The notes beneath the pieces were generated by a model that was not told where the DNA came from, searched no databases, and saw only the letters and a program-made list of their open reading frames with translations. DNA of 64,000 nucleotides from Catajapyx aquilonaris (Eukaryota), in the NCBI GenBank assembly GCA_000934665.2, contig JYFJ02001773.1, forward strand, positions 1 to 64,000, read 5' to 3'. Of this stretch, positions 12,895 to 27,100 are shown one piece after another (within the stretch, counting starts at the first letter, position 1; each line of letters opens with the position of its first letter). The translations under genes were made by a program, and so were the position numbers.

Positions 12895-15800
12895 TCCACC
12901 ACAAGTCACACTCCTGCCATCTAGTGAGAGCCAGCCTCTCACTACAAATCCAGTTCGCGTATATCACAAAACTTTTGTGCCAACTTGTAACTCTAGCCCT
13001 GTCGACGCTTACGACACCCGCTGATCCTGGCAACCACTGCGCTCATATTTCCCCACTGCAAATGCAAATGTTTGAATTCGCACGTATAGTGGGCCGTATT
13101 TAATGGCGGGGGTTGGGTTTTGCAAAGGGGGGGGGGGGGNNNNNNNNGACTAAAAAAGTAGTTATGGGCCCTCGTGGCGCGAAACGTAATCGTTGCATTT
13201 TACATGCAAATTGTAACATTGGGCACTGCATTTCCATTCGAAATATTGCGGCCGCATGTAGATTCAATTTTTCGTTTGCACAATTACATCGTGTTGTCAA
13301 TTGTTTCAATGTTACAAATTGTTATTCGCTGCTTCCTTTCCCCCCACCCAATCCCACCCACCTCTATTTCCGGATACACACATAATTATCATGAGAGGCA
13401 TCCCAAAAAATTGTCCCTAGCAACCTGGGGCTCAATTTGGCAAATGAAGGCCCTGAGAGATGGAAGAAGAGGGTGGGCGATGAAAAGAGCAGCCATTTGA
13501 AGGGGGGAATGCCCTACAGTGATTTCTAGGGCTCTCCAGATGCAGCAGAAGGCCCACCAAGGAATCTTTCTTTCAAGACATGGCCCCTAGGGGATGCAAA
13601 AATAACCCCCCCCCCCCCTTCCTTGCAAGCTCTTGTAAGGAAGGTCTCCTCTTGAATCACCAATGGTCCTAATGGCCCACCAGATTTTTAGCCCTCAACT
13701 TGGGCAAAACAATGTCCCCAATTCATACCAACTGAGTTATATGATCACTGGACATGCAAATGCTGCAAAAAAAATGATAATTGCTGTGGTCCACACTCGC
13801 ATAATCTCTCCCAAGAGAGTGGGTGCGTAGGTGCGCATCCATTCGGTTTCCGCATAACAAACGAGCATTTAAATGTGTTAATTGACGATCATTAGCATTC
13901 CATCCGACCGCCAACCCGCTCAAAGGATTTCACACCGCACTCCATAGATTCGCCAGGGTGTTAATTTAATCCAACTCAATTCTGAATTGTGGCTAGCTGG
14001 GTTTTAAATTAGCAAACGTGGAAGCTACAGAGCCTAGTCATATCCCCCCGATATATGAACTGCACACCTGGGGCCCTCAAATCTCGTATATTTTTGCAAC
14101 CACCCAACATATGCGATTCTCCTACCTTCGTGTTCCAGACCTTATACGCGCTAACCTCACGCAAATCAATTCGGCTGACCTCTTTTGCGCAGCAGACGAT
14201 CGTAAAAAAAAAGGTCAACACGATTTTTGGCACAACTTGTACTTTGTCACACATACAACACTTGTAATACTCCAAGCTCCAACAACTTCCGAGCTTCCCA
14301 CTGGGTAATATAACCCGCTACTTACACTGTATGCATGAAGTGCGAAACACTCGAATTTCGCACCATGTTTATTCGACCCCATCTTGCAGCCAGAATTATA
14401 AACCCTACATGTTAACCCCCTCAAAAAAAAAAAGCTAGCTAATACTCTTGTTAAACATCCCAGAAAGGTACATGTTTGCCTGCACAACCGTGTTATCCGT
14501 CCAAATTGGGTCGTTTCGTTAGCCGCAGACCTTCCGCACTCTCAACTTTAAAATTAATCTCGACGACCACAAAGACAAGGGAGGGCCTGTTAAAATAGTG
14601 GTCCACCCCCCACCCTTGCACCCTTGTGCCTAATTTTTGCATGCGATCATTTAGTGGGACCCTTACTGCAACAAATCCCATAACTAACCTCAAATTGCCT
14701 TCATCAAAAGAATTTTTTTTGGTGGGGGTTCCCTTACTGGTCCAGAGCACAAAAGCTCTGGAGATTCTTACAGTGGCCTCAGAGACTTTTAATGGCCTTT
14801 TCCCTAACTAGCGAGGAATTCAAGGTAGCTTGCGGTTCCTTACACTGCCCCCGTCTACCAACTTCCCCTTAGGAGGGGTTTTTTTTTGCTGCCAACCTTG
14901 GCCATGACTAACGAACTAACTTAACTAACTTCCTCGGACCACTGACTACTTCATTGTCCGGATCTGCATAGCGCAGGTACTACATGGTGTTCCAAAATGG
15001 GGAGTACAAATTAAAACATGCATTAAGGTTCGGGAGGGGTTTGAATAAAAATGAGAGGGGCGATGGGGCATGAACTTTTCTACTAAGATAAATGTTGCAC
15101 TTTACATACACACTACTGCTATAGTGCATACAATATTCATAAATGTCACCTCTTACATATAGCTGCAATGAAGTGAAAATATTAACTTCCTGATGTAGCT
15201 CATAAATTAACTGAAACGTGCACCTTCAGCTATTATTAGACGGCCAATAGCAAACACCAAAGCTGTATAAATATGACACCTCTTGATAAGATCATAAAAC
15301 TGACATGACACACGCAAAAACTACAATAAATTAATAAACAGTCCCCCCTAGTAACCCCTTCGTACTTCCCAGACAATCCTGACCATTATATCAGGTAGCC
15401 AAGTACAACAATATATCTGCCATACCGGTTCTACCAGACCTTTCCTTTTTCTCCTTTTATTTGCATGTAACACCCGTGAAGCCATTAATCACCGACCCAA
15501 CCGCAGGTGCGCAGAAATTTTACGACACCCTTCACATAAACATGACACAAACCCAGAATCCGTCGCATTCCAACCTCCCTTTTCAAAATAACTGTATAGG
15601 AAAAGTGAAGAAATTAGGTCCAATTCTATACGTTTCCTTCCTCTATATGTAATCCCAATTTCGAAATACAACCTACTTTCATTCAATTTTCCCCACCATA
15701 GTTCCTGGCATATATTTTTGAAAAACAGGCATAAATGCTGCTCTTCGGTGGAATATTCCGCATTGCTTTTATTACCAAGTACTGTACAGTATAAGTTGTG

Positions 15801-17508
15801 TTAAGCAGGCGGTTTAAGTCCTGCTGTAATGCAACTCGAGGCTACATACTTGAAAGTTTAGAGACAGATTTAAGCACCGTTAAACTGTTTTAGTACGCAG
15901 ACTGCGGCAGGCAGTTTAATGTATGTTAAATGTCCTCTTGAATAACTCACGTTACATCCAATAATAATTCCATCGCATGCGACTAAATAAATAAATGGCG
16001 ACCCTCGGCGCGAATCGCGCTCCCAAATCGTGTGAATACCATGGTTCATCAAAATTTCACGCACCCAAATTCCAACAAAGAGGACCCAAAATGGCGTAAC
16101 AATACAGTCGGGAAAAAAAACTCGGCAGGGAGCTGACACCAGGGGTAAGTCAACCTTGACTTGTCACCTTTTGAGAAGTGGGCTTCCTTGTCCTTTACCC
16201 AAGGCGGTAGGGGGTGTCTGGTAGGAAATGCACGACTTTTTTTGTAGGTCAATGGCTTCTGCGCGAAGGCAGCGGAACAGCATGGAGCAAATCTCCACTG
16301 CCAAGGTTTTACACCTCTTTTGACACCTGAGTGTGCAGGTAACCGAATCACCTTGTCACTCCTTGTCACTCATTGTCACTAAAACAAACTGATGCCGATT
16401 TTTTTTCTGGTAGCAGAGCATGGTTATAACTTTAAAAATTCTCCATAAAAATATTCACCAAATGCATAAAAATATTTGTAGGTGCATAAAATAAATTTTA
16501 TATACATATTTCTAGGTGCATACTAGGTGCATACCCGGTGCATACTAGGTAGATTAATTTCAGAATATGACAAATTTTATATATTGCATGCATATGCAGT
16601 ACTAGATGGTTTTATGCACATGGGTGCATATATTTACGAATTTGCAGTGAATGGGAGCACAAAAAAATCGCTTTCGTTCACTTCCTGCATTTATAGTTGG
16701 AATCTCTCCGACCGCAATCGTGCATCAAAATTCCAGGTTTCAAGTCCATTGTGCCCATACAAAAAAAAAAGAGTTACCAAACTTTCCCACACGTCGCTTC
16801 CTATGTGCATAAATAGGTATAAAACAAACTAGGAGGCTAAGCTCCCCGTTAATCCCCGCCTAATGAGCTATAGTAGGGGGGGTATTCCCACGTATTTTCC
16901 GATACACAGCACTCGACCAGTACACGGCTTAATTTAGTTAGAAATTCCCCCGGTTTTTTCCGGGTTACAAAAAAGGCGCTGCCCTTTAAGGGGGTGCAAA
17001 ATGGCACGGGATGTGGAATTTCGCCGCTGCCAATTTTGAGAGGACCAACCCTCAAAAAAAAGGGTAGTCGATCGATGCCTTCTCCCAAAACATGAGCATT
17101 TGCCCCCCTCTGGAGTTGTGTTACCCTCACCCTGAGTAATTCCAACCCTCCGCACGCTCTTTTCCTAAATAAAAATACGGCCCGAAAATGGCTCCCAACC
17201 GACTAGGAATATCCTCTGCACCTGGGGGTAGCCCGCGGAAACTGCATCCAATATGGCCTCCTAATTAAGACCTGGGCACAATTAAATCAAATAAAAGTTT
17301 AGCCCTGGTTGTTCAAGTAGATGAAGTGCTGCTGTTACAACCCCTCGGGACCTAGGGAGGGCAGAGGGCGGTGTAAAGAAGCAGCCACCGCCTACCCCCC
17401 CTAGCCCGCAGGTCAAATACACTTTGTATGTGAACAGACTCGGTGGAAACTTGCCACACTGTTGACACCCAGAGGGCAAAGATTTCCGCCGCTTCTTGGA
17501 TAATTTGA

Positions 17509-17868
17509 ACCCTCGTTGGCAAACATTCAATTATTTATTACATAAATTGTATATCATATCAATAATTTCTGAAATCACCTCTACAACGGGGTACGTAATT
17601 AATTAATAAATTTATTATGTACCATCGTTGGCAAACTTTCAATTATTTATTACATAAATTGTATGTAATATCAATAATTTCTGAGATCGCCTCTATAACG
17701 GGGTGCATTAAAATTATTTATTATGTACCCCGTTATAGAGGCGATTTCAGAAATTATTGATATTACATACAATTTATGTAATAAATAATTGAAAGTTTTC
17801 CAACGAGGGTACATAATATAATTATTTATTATGTACCCCGTTATAGAGGTGGGCTATGAAATTATTGA
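17509..17868. repeat. AT-rich fold-back array of ~112-bp units
   Basis: Two direct units (TCGTTGGC at 17513 and 17625), followed by one full and one partial inverted unit. The symmetry centre is near 17715. Confidence 0.85.
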
Positions 17869-18534
17869 CAATAAATTGTTCTCGTAAATATTTTCATGCA
17901 CTTGCAGTTTTCACTGCAAATGCTTGCCATTTTTTTTCCCCTCCACGAAAATGGAAATGGCAGGTCAAACAATAGACGTGAACTGTGTCATAATAAAAAC
18001 CATGTCAGGAATGTGCTAGATGAATCGAGGTCTTCGCAGACACTTTCTTGCTCGAAATGAGACATGTGGGTGAAAAGAATCTCCGTTATTACCTTCACCA
18101 TTTTCCCACCACATATTTTCCCACACCTTTGTAACTAATATTTCCAACCTATCAGCGGAAATTAAAATCTTGAACCTGTATCGGTTTGTTTCATATAGTT
18201 CGCGATCTTTGCATTCATTTCACGTCAGGTTCAAACTTTTTTTTTCTGTATGTGGTGCCTTAACAGTAGCGTTTGACTTTTTGGGGGAAGGGCTGCTGGC
18301 TGGCCCTCTTCAAACATTCCTCTTCTTTTTTTTTTTTTTTTTTTTTTNNNNNNGGGGGGGGGGGTGTTTCCAAAGAGCCCGCGTGCGGCAACCCAGCTGA
18401 CTTCAAACGAGTCTGCCGCCTACCAAAAAGTCTTTTTTAGACCCAACGCCCAACCCATGGATCTCTAATACCCACTTGGGTACTCTACAACAGTTAATAT
18501 GGAGGCAGGTTCAAAAGAAACTATTGTTCAAAGA

Positions 18535-19003
18535 GCAAGTGGCTAACTGTACTTAATACAATTTGTACGCCATTTCATTCAATCAATGTGAGAAAAGCAT
18601 GTGCTTCTGGTTTGCATATAACTTAAATGCGAACCAAAAGCACATGCTTTTCTCACATAATTGAATTAAAAGGCGTACAAATTGTATGATATATAATTAT
18701 GATATATATGATTTTATTGATATAGCCTTAAGTGGTCCCCGCAACCGGCCCACCTAGGTGTGTATCCGCTGAAGATAGGGCTGTATCCGTATAGAAGGAA
18801 GGTTAGGCGGGGACCACTTAGGGTTTGCTTATATCATATAATCATATATATCATAATTATATATCATACAATTTGTACGCCTTTTCATTCAATCGTGTGC
18901 TTCTGGTTCGCATTTAAGTTATATGCAACCAGAAGCACATGCTTTTCTCACATGATTGAATGAAAAGGCGTAAAAATTGTACTAAGTACAATTAGCCACT
19001 TGC
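18535..19003. mobile_element. Nested palindrome enclosing copy 2 of the TTAGG-type element
   Basis: Outer inverted arms of about 180 bp (GCAAGTGGCTAA...TTAGCCACTTGC), each itself palindromic. The centre, 18731-18820, is AGTGGTCCCCGCAACCGGCCC...GTATCCGCTGAAGATAGG...GGTTAGG...CGGGGACCACT. Confidence 0.8.
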
Positions 19004-22000
19004 CAACATGTCCCTCTTCAATCAGTGTTGGAAAAATATAAAAAAAAAAAACATGCGTACCATCAATATGCATCAGTCCTGCTAAGCACACGCATTACAC
19101 TCTGCGATAAACACATGCCCGCATGAGCATATCGCTAAATCCATTTCATTGTCATTAATGTCATACTGACAAGCTGAGAACTTGTAATCCGCCAAATATT
19201 GCTCATTGTTCCTAATATTACGCGATGACCTGTCATCCTTGGCATTGAGCCCCTCTAGGCCTAGCCTCAAGGGCCGGTTGTTTACGAAGAAGGCGAGACA
19301 ATGTCAATACGGCAGCCGAAAAAATACAAAAGCCTGGGTACTCACCCTGATGTCTTCTCCGGTGTGGCTAGCCTGGGCTGGGCTACGGGCAGAGTGGGGC
19401 AAGCACGCGGCCCCGAGGCCCGGCCACCAGCGACTTGAACCGCGACCGATCACTAGGAAGCTCACGAGCCTTCTGCCCAGAACCGGTCCCGGTCGCCAGA
19501 TGGCAACACTATTCACTCCCCCGCACCACCACTGCCACCCCTTCCAAAGAGAAAAGAGGAGGGCACCATGGACCTCAACGCCTGCGCTTTTGCCAACACA
19601 AAGCGACTTGTGGAAAATGGTGCCAAAACTTGATTTTGGCACCATCAGTGTTTGGGCCCATGCATTACAGTCTGGACAGACTGGGCACCCCCTGGTGCGC
19701 TTCTTTCAGTGCTTAGCGGGAGTCCGGCATGCAACACTGTGCCAGGACAATGCCTGGGAGAAGTTGAAGGTCTAACGTAAAATCGAACCTCTGGACCCCA
19801 AGTTTCGTCCAGGTGTACCCCCATATGGATGAGCAAAATTCGTGAAATAATAATGTTTAAAAAAAACCCTCAACTCCCATATTTCCAAACCAGCTGGCTT
19901 CTGCCCGTTGCTTCTGCATGCTGTTAATTGAAACTGGTAGGAAACTAACTTTTGACACGATTATCACGAAGGTGTTCACAGTTATGCGGTGCGTCTGCAC
20001 AACTATGCAACGTGTGGGGTATCTACATTATACTGTGTGGGATATTTCCAGACTGACGTGGATATTTTTGAATGACAGCAGGAAATGTTACGGTGGGGAT
20101 AATATGATAAGGTCTCCCCCTTTTTTTAAAAAAAAATTTTTAAAAAAAATCTGGCTGTGTTTACAGAAATTCGAACCTATCCTTGAAACAAGTCAATCTC
20201 TATTTTTGGTTGAAAATGCGATAATAATCATTGGCAACACTTTCTCTTTTGCAATGAGCAACATGTTCGATTAAGATTATACGTCACACTATAAGTACGG
20301 TGCAACATTAATGCGGAAGAGGTGTATAGCAGCTAACTCGATTTTACGTGTTACGAGAAGCTGGCTTGTACCAAAGCATTAGAGTTCTCGCAGAACAGGA
20401 TCATAAACTCAAGTTGACTGTCGGCTGTTAGCCGCAAAGTCATTTTGAGTAAGACTTAGTGAGCTACACTTTCGACATCTTAGGCGGATCAAGATTATAA
20501 TCATTTAATAGGGATTTTAACAATTATTAGTTTCACAGCTTCAGTTAAAAATTCAGATCATGCTTTACTGAATATTCCTCATCCACGCACCTATTCATCA
20601 GTACCGCATCATGTTGACCCCAATGCGATAGCTACAAAGGAGAGGTTGCTCGGGCAACCCAACAGTGCCTACAGTATATACACAATCACCTCAAGAGGGT
20701 ACAGTACACCAATATAGCATCCAGGTTGACCCCCTCCAGGTGTGCTCCACAAATGGCGTCAATTTTGGTGGACCAGTAGTGGCTAACTTTATGGAGTCCT
20801 GGCCTTTGGCTGGGGAGTGCAGTGATGAGCGATCATTAGGTGGGACATAATTCATGCAAAAGAAAAGGGCTTCCGCTTGGTTGGTCCCGTCAGCTGTGGA
20901 CGACGAGGGGCGAGGCGCTACTATATATTTCAGGCGCCCCCCCCCCTCTCTCTCTACCATAGGACCTCAAGCTTCTCCAAAAGGCATTAGGTCTCTCACC
21001 CCAACGCTTTATATTTCTACCCGCAACGCTATGTTGGGATAAACGGAGAGACTAGAATTTGTTTTGCGTCCTTTTCTTCATTTGTTCCCTGGAGCGTCAG
21101 TGATTAGGATTCCGCGCCAAAGGAAAAATAACGGACGGGAAAAAGTGCTGTGGAAACGGGCAGGGGGCCTGGAGAAATGCTACCGGGGAGAAACAAAAAT
21201 GGAGAAGATTGAATTGTGCAATAAAAAAAAAGTGGGACAGTTGGTTACAAAAATGTTTCATATATGGCGGTGGCCAAAATTGAATCCATAAAATATGTCT
21301 GTTTTTTTATATTAAATTTGGTTCACTATATTGCGAGAGGTCATCCCTCAGGTTCGGGACAACCCAGACCGTTTCACGACTCACTCACTAGGTCCATACC
21401 AAGTGAGGAGCATCACAATATATCGCAAACAAAGGCAATGCATTGAGGTTCTATGAATTAATTGGAGCAGCAGATTGTCCCAACTTGCCCGCCCGAGTGC
21501 GTCATCCGTGAAAATAACTAATCAAACGGGTTCAGTTGCAACTAATAATGATCATACACGCTAATTTTCAGTTATTTCCCTGTGTGAGCGTCCGCTGGGA
21601 AAGAAACACCGCCTGAAACATGTCACACATCCAAACCCACCCATAACAGCAACCACCCTTTCCCCCCAAAAAAGGCAAAAAAAAAAAAAAAATATTGGCC
21701 GGCCTGGCGCGAAACAAAATTGCAACGCAATGCAACAACAACGGGTCAACAGGCTCTGGTCCTGGGTTTCAATTAGCCCTTCACTTTTATGCAGACAGAA
21801 TTACATCAGCGGCATGAAAACCAATAGGAAGCAAAGGGACCAGCTATAATAAACAATAATAGGCCGTGCCAGAACTATAATCAAACATCTCGGGTTTCGG
21901 TATAGCATAACAATCACAGAGAAACGTAACCCTAATTGCAATTAATTTACAGGGGGGGGGGGGTTGGTTTAGATCCTCAGCGCGTGCGATATTGGGATAT

Positions 22001-23498
22001 GGCAAAAGATTGGGGTATTTCACGCTCTGCCTATCCCCATGTATGTTCATGCATCAAGTGCACTGTCATGCGAGGAGAGCAATTGGAGCTGGCGGGTCAG
22101 AAACAGGGCTTCAAAATTATCGCAATTTTCCCCCAAAAACTGTGTAGAAATAATTTTTTTTTGCAGTTTCCCAGAGAGTCAGGATTAAATATGGCAACGT
22201 GGTGGTTAAAGCCTTTAGCACCTGGAAACCAGTCTCACCGGTCCAGACTTGAAGGGGAGATGCTCAATAATACAAGAATCATTGTTCGGTGGGGTTCAAG
22301 GTTATCGGCCAACTTGCCCTTGCCACTTTCTTGCACCAGCTTCACTTTTATACGGATTATTATCTGCACAACAGGCTGTGATAAATTGGCGTGCGATAGA
22401 CACTTCTTAATTTAATCAGAAGTTTCCGGTCATAATTAGGCGTTACGTGAGTAATTTAATTACACGCACTAGTATTGTCTTGTAAAAAAAAAATAACGCA
22501 ATGTGGCTGAAAGTGGAATAATAATAATTGTTATTTTTATTGCTATATCAAAATATTAATAATATTAATAATAATCATTGATTTAGCACCGTTTCAGGTG
22601 GGCTGATCTAATATTTAGTGCGACTTCTCATCTGCGACACTGTTCTCACTACATGCTGAATTAATTGCTGGCCCCAGTTAATGAAAATAATTTTAAAATG
22701 CATTCCTGCATTAAAATAAATCGCTGTTAATCCCGACTTGAGCTGATTAGCACTATAAGAACAATGCATTTTAAATGATGAATGTTCATACACCCTGTCC
22801 CTATATCCTGACTCCTAGACATCCCACAATACTAATCCATAAGCTTGTGCGTGACTGTGCGTGACAACAGTGTAATAGTATATGGAAGGAGGGAAAGGGT
22901 CACAAACAGGTCATAGTCACTTTATAGATTCCTTTTGTACATGTTAATAAACTACTGTCGTTATTATGCAGTACAAAGCAATTTTTCACTGCCTGCGTCT
23001 TCCATCCTCTATACAAGTATTTGAAGTTTGACGTAAATGAAGATTGATAGAAAGAAAGAACTCTTTCAAGAATTGGAATTTGGCTCCTCTTCACTCTCTT
23101 TCTCCCCCAACCCCCTCGCTCCCATACCCTTCCTTCCACCATTTTTTGTGCTTTCTTTTTCTTGCTTCTTCTACCTTGTCAATGAAATTAAAAGTGGAAG
23201 GGTAGGAGGAAGGGACGCAGCAAGCCCTGTCCTCCCTTTAATGAGAAACTTTCACGCAGTTGTGTAGCCCAACTTGATTTTCTCCAATCTTCAAGCGACG
23301 GCTGCTTAAAATAATGATGGACCAATATGCACGATGTCAGATACCCTATCAAGTTTTAGGACCAATAACACCAGTGTTGAGATGCGACATAAAAATACAC
23401 ATTCTATCAGCGACCAGGCTGTAATGGACTCTCCATGTACATGATATGTGAAGGTTAGAACGCCTTAAAAATTAAGCGATAACTTTTATCGTTCAATG

Positions 23499-24129
23499 TA
23501 CTATGGGCCTCATATTCTTTTACCCACTTTAAAGAGACACTCCACTCAAAAAACAAGTTTGGCTCTCAAAATCGGGCAAAAAATCCGGAATCCGACGGTG
23601 CAATTCGTTTTTCGCTACGCGGAACGGTAATCCCAGGGCGAGGTGTCAAAGTGTGTCGTCTAATGAGTGGCGCGGCCACGCGGGGAACAGGGGAACTGGA
23701 GGGCTGCACCGCTCTGGGATGAGCCTAAGCGCTCGGGCAGGCGGGAGCAGCCCTCCAGTTCCCAAGGTCCCGAGGGCGTCGCTGGCGGACAGCCAGCTTC
23801 TAGCGCACTATTTGAATTTCCCCACTTTGACCCCTCGCCCTAGCATTACCGTTCCGCGTAGCGAAAAACGGATTGCACCTTCGGATTCAGGATTTTTTGC
23901 CCGATTTTTAGAGACAGAAACTAGTCGTCGCTGGCTACCCCATCTCTGGGATTATGCCGTGATGTTATGAATGAATGAATGAATGGATATTTTAGACAAA
24001 CTTGTTTTTTGAGTGGAGTGTCCCTTTAACCTGGTCTTGAAGCAACCCTTCACACACACACACTTCTTCACCGTGGGGCCTGTGCGAATAGTTGATTCAA
24101 GTGGCCAAAATCATTTGAGCCACATAGTA
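23499..24129. mobile_element. Family A MITE split by a Kolobok-type insertion
   Basis: 23499-23532 joined to 24030-24129 aligns with the reverse complement of 4081-4226. Confidence 0.75.
23533..24025 (+). mobile_element. Kolobok-type non-autonomous DNA transposon (copy 1)
   Basis: TTAA|AGAGACACTCCACTCAAAAAACAAGTTTG...CAAACTTGTTTTTTGAGTGGAGTGTCCCT|TTAA. It has an inner inverted repeat of about 85 bp and a (GAAT)n tract. A TTAA duplication with AG(G/A) termini fits Kolobok/T2-type MITEs. Confidence 0.85.
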
Positions 24130-27100
24130 CAAGCCCAAAATTACTTTAAAAAATCCGCAATTTCTCTCCCAAAGCGGATACCTGTACTGAAAGCGAATTA
24201 GGTCAATCCCATCAAAGTACACAATGCAACGGCCGATACGCACCAACAGCGCACACTCCCCAGATTTGCGAAAAAAAAAATTGCGAGTGATCCCTACTCC
24301 GTCACGTGATTTTCCACGGGTGCCTGAGCCTGTGCGGACCCAATATTTTAAGTGGAGTTTCCGCTCATCGCCTGAAAAGTAGGGTAGGGAGGAACGGGGA
24401 GGGGTGGGTATGAAACCGTGTGAATTTTGCACGTCCCCTCTTAAGCAGATTTCTCCATCCGATAGCCCACGGAGGGAGAGGTCTATAACACAAAGGCCAA
24501 TATTATGGGAGTTGTAGTCGGCTGAGGTTGGGAAACCGCACGGGAAGCCCCCTTATTGGAATAGCGAGGGTACGGTATGGACGGCAAGGGAAGGGCGAAA
24601 ACCTTGCTTGAAAAGTTGCGGTGCGGATTTCAGACCCCCTAAGGCTTTTCGCCAGAGAGAAGTGTGGCTTTTGGGGAATGAGGGAGCGATCGCTCACTTG
24701 TGACCGAGAGCTCCGGGGATTTTCCATTCGCAATTTTCAGCAGCCCCTTGCCTGCATACCTTCCGCCTTCTTTCACAATTGCATGCAACGATGGACTTAT
24801 TTAGAAAATTACGAAGAGCCGCCGCCTCTGTACTGTTGGGTCAACAGGCGTCTGGAACGTGTGTGCGCATATGAGAAATTAATAGCCAGTCAGAAGCTAG
24901 TGGGCTGTTCATATGAAATCGACAATTTTCAGCAGATATACCTATCAAAAAAAAAGAATGTCAGTGATTATCAGATATTTCCAGCAGCACACTCAATTTC
25001 AGCTAGTTCTCCTTTGAATTCCCTTCCGTTTTTTAATATGAGTGGCTACATAGCCTTAAAAAGCATCCTCTGAATATGTATGAAACTGAAAAAAGAATTG
25101 TAGCCCGCGGAGGATGGTTGGAAGAGATAGACTCGCGAATTCCTTAAACCAATAAGGGACACAGAGCAACAAAAATCAATGAGGATAGACCAGCAATACT
25201 TGGGATAAGGAAATCTCATTTTGACATGTAGGGAAGGTAAATGATGGGATTTTGTGTACACACCAGTCGATCAAAGGAATCATTGGGACGGAAATCCCAG
25301 CAGAAAGCCTTCAATACCAATCTTCACAGGAAGGGTTTGATGAAGTTTCTCCGGCTCTAATCATCATCGCCTACAGAATCAATATTTGATTTTTTTTTCT
25401 CTCCCCCCCCCCTCCCCCACTGTCCTTCCAAATCTGGTAGTTAATTTCTTTCATTCTACAACGGGATATGACAAAAGTGGCATTGTTGCACGTTTGAGCA
25501 AGCAAATTTTTTTGTTGACATTATACACATGCAAACTAGTATATCAGCCAAGACACTCCTTGACAATGGACCTGGAATTATTTTCCACCCTCCATGTTCC
25601 CATATGTCCTGTCTCCCATAGCACTGTCCCTGTTGGCCCAAATTTTTCAACCACATGAAATTCCCTCCCGGCCAGCCTCCCGGATGGATACATTGCACCA
25701 ATTTTTTCCCCCTCCTCCCCCGTCCATACTCCCCACCCTTCCCTACACCCCGCAGCTCAGAATGAAACAATAAATTCCATTAACTCAGCTAATGGAGGCT
25801 TGGACCACACTTCCCCTCAATGCTTCCGCTGGCGCCCAAATCCACTCCACAATAGTCTCTGGTAATTACCTGATAGGTAATCTAATAGCAGCCTCCGCCG
25901 ATATAATGCCCCAAAACTTACCTCATTTTAACTCGTGGGAAGCTTTTGGCCTAGTGTTCTATCGCATTAAATATATGCCTACTCTATGATCTGCATGTTG
26001 CGCTATGAGAATAATTGATGGAAACTCAAATGTGCCGATAGCAGTGTGGAATTATTAACCTTGGTCTGGGCTTAGGGGTATTTGTATTTCCTACCCACGT
26101 TGTTCTTGGAAATTATGGCACTATTTGTAAGAAAAAAATAAAAGCGTCATTACACAAAAATACGAATCGCACACCCACGTTAATATGCAAAAACTCAACA
26201 CCAAAACAAGCAGAAACTCGCATTGCCACCTTCAGTAATCGTTGCGAATCCCTGCAAACCACACATTCCCTAGTGACATTTGCATTTAAAAACCTGGGCT
26301 ATTAGCCACTAAAATGAACTAGTTCAACGACACCAAAATGAAAATTCCCCCTCTCTTCTCCCCACCCACTTCCCCCTACTCCCATATATGCCAAAGTTAT
26401 CAGAATATCCAAATCCCCCAACTTTCAAATCCCACTCTAAAGGTAGCCTATAGCTATATAATCGGGAGGGAAGTATTCGCGTTTCCAATTCCATAACCGG
26501 AACCCGATTCTGGGACACAAAATCTCACTTCTGGCCTTGTCCTTTGGGTGCGCCCAGGTTTTCCATCCAAAAAGCGCTGAACTTATTCCATATTGACTCC
26601 AGTGATAATATTGACTCATACGTCACTCAATCCCAGGTTGCTCCGAGGGTGAGGGAGAGCCTGAATAATATGCAATCCAAAAGGTAGTGGCAGCAACGAA
26701 AATATCTGAGGTTTTCATCTTCCATAGAAAACGGGCCTCATATAGTGCAATTGTGACTCGCAGACCATAGTTACATAGAAGTCCCTCAAATCCGCCATAC
26801 GCGTGGCGGCCATGTTGTGACGTCACGTCGCCAGGAAATGTGACGTCAGATGCCCCTTCCTGCTGGGGAATGAGTAGCATTTGCATTCGGGACGATCTGA
26901 TCCGGAAGTCAGGACATTACATTATTTCCGGGAGTATGGAAATGGCTCCTTTGGAGGGCGTAATGAGCGGGGGACGTGGCGATCACAAGGCGCCAGCAGC
27001 TTTGTTAACGCACCTTCCCAACGCCCACAATTCCATCTAGCTCCTCATTTCCACCCAAATCATCGCCGGAGGACTACCTCTGGCCCGGATTTGCCTCCAC

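Noticed and set aside
19206..19775. 189-aa plus-strand ORF
   Set aside because: No recognisable domain. It is explained by GC-rich, stop-poor sequence.
23653..23970. 105-aa ORF with near-identical counterparts at 39.1-39.6 kb
   Set aside because: It lies inside the Kolobok-type MITE, the frame is not preserved between copies, and it has no transposase motifs.
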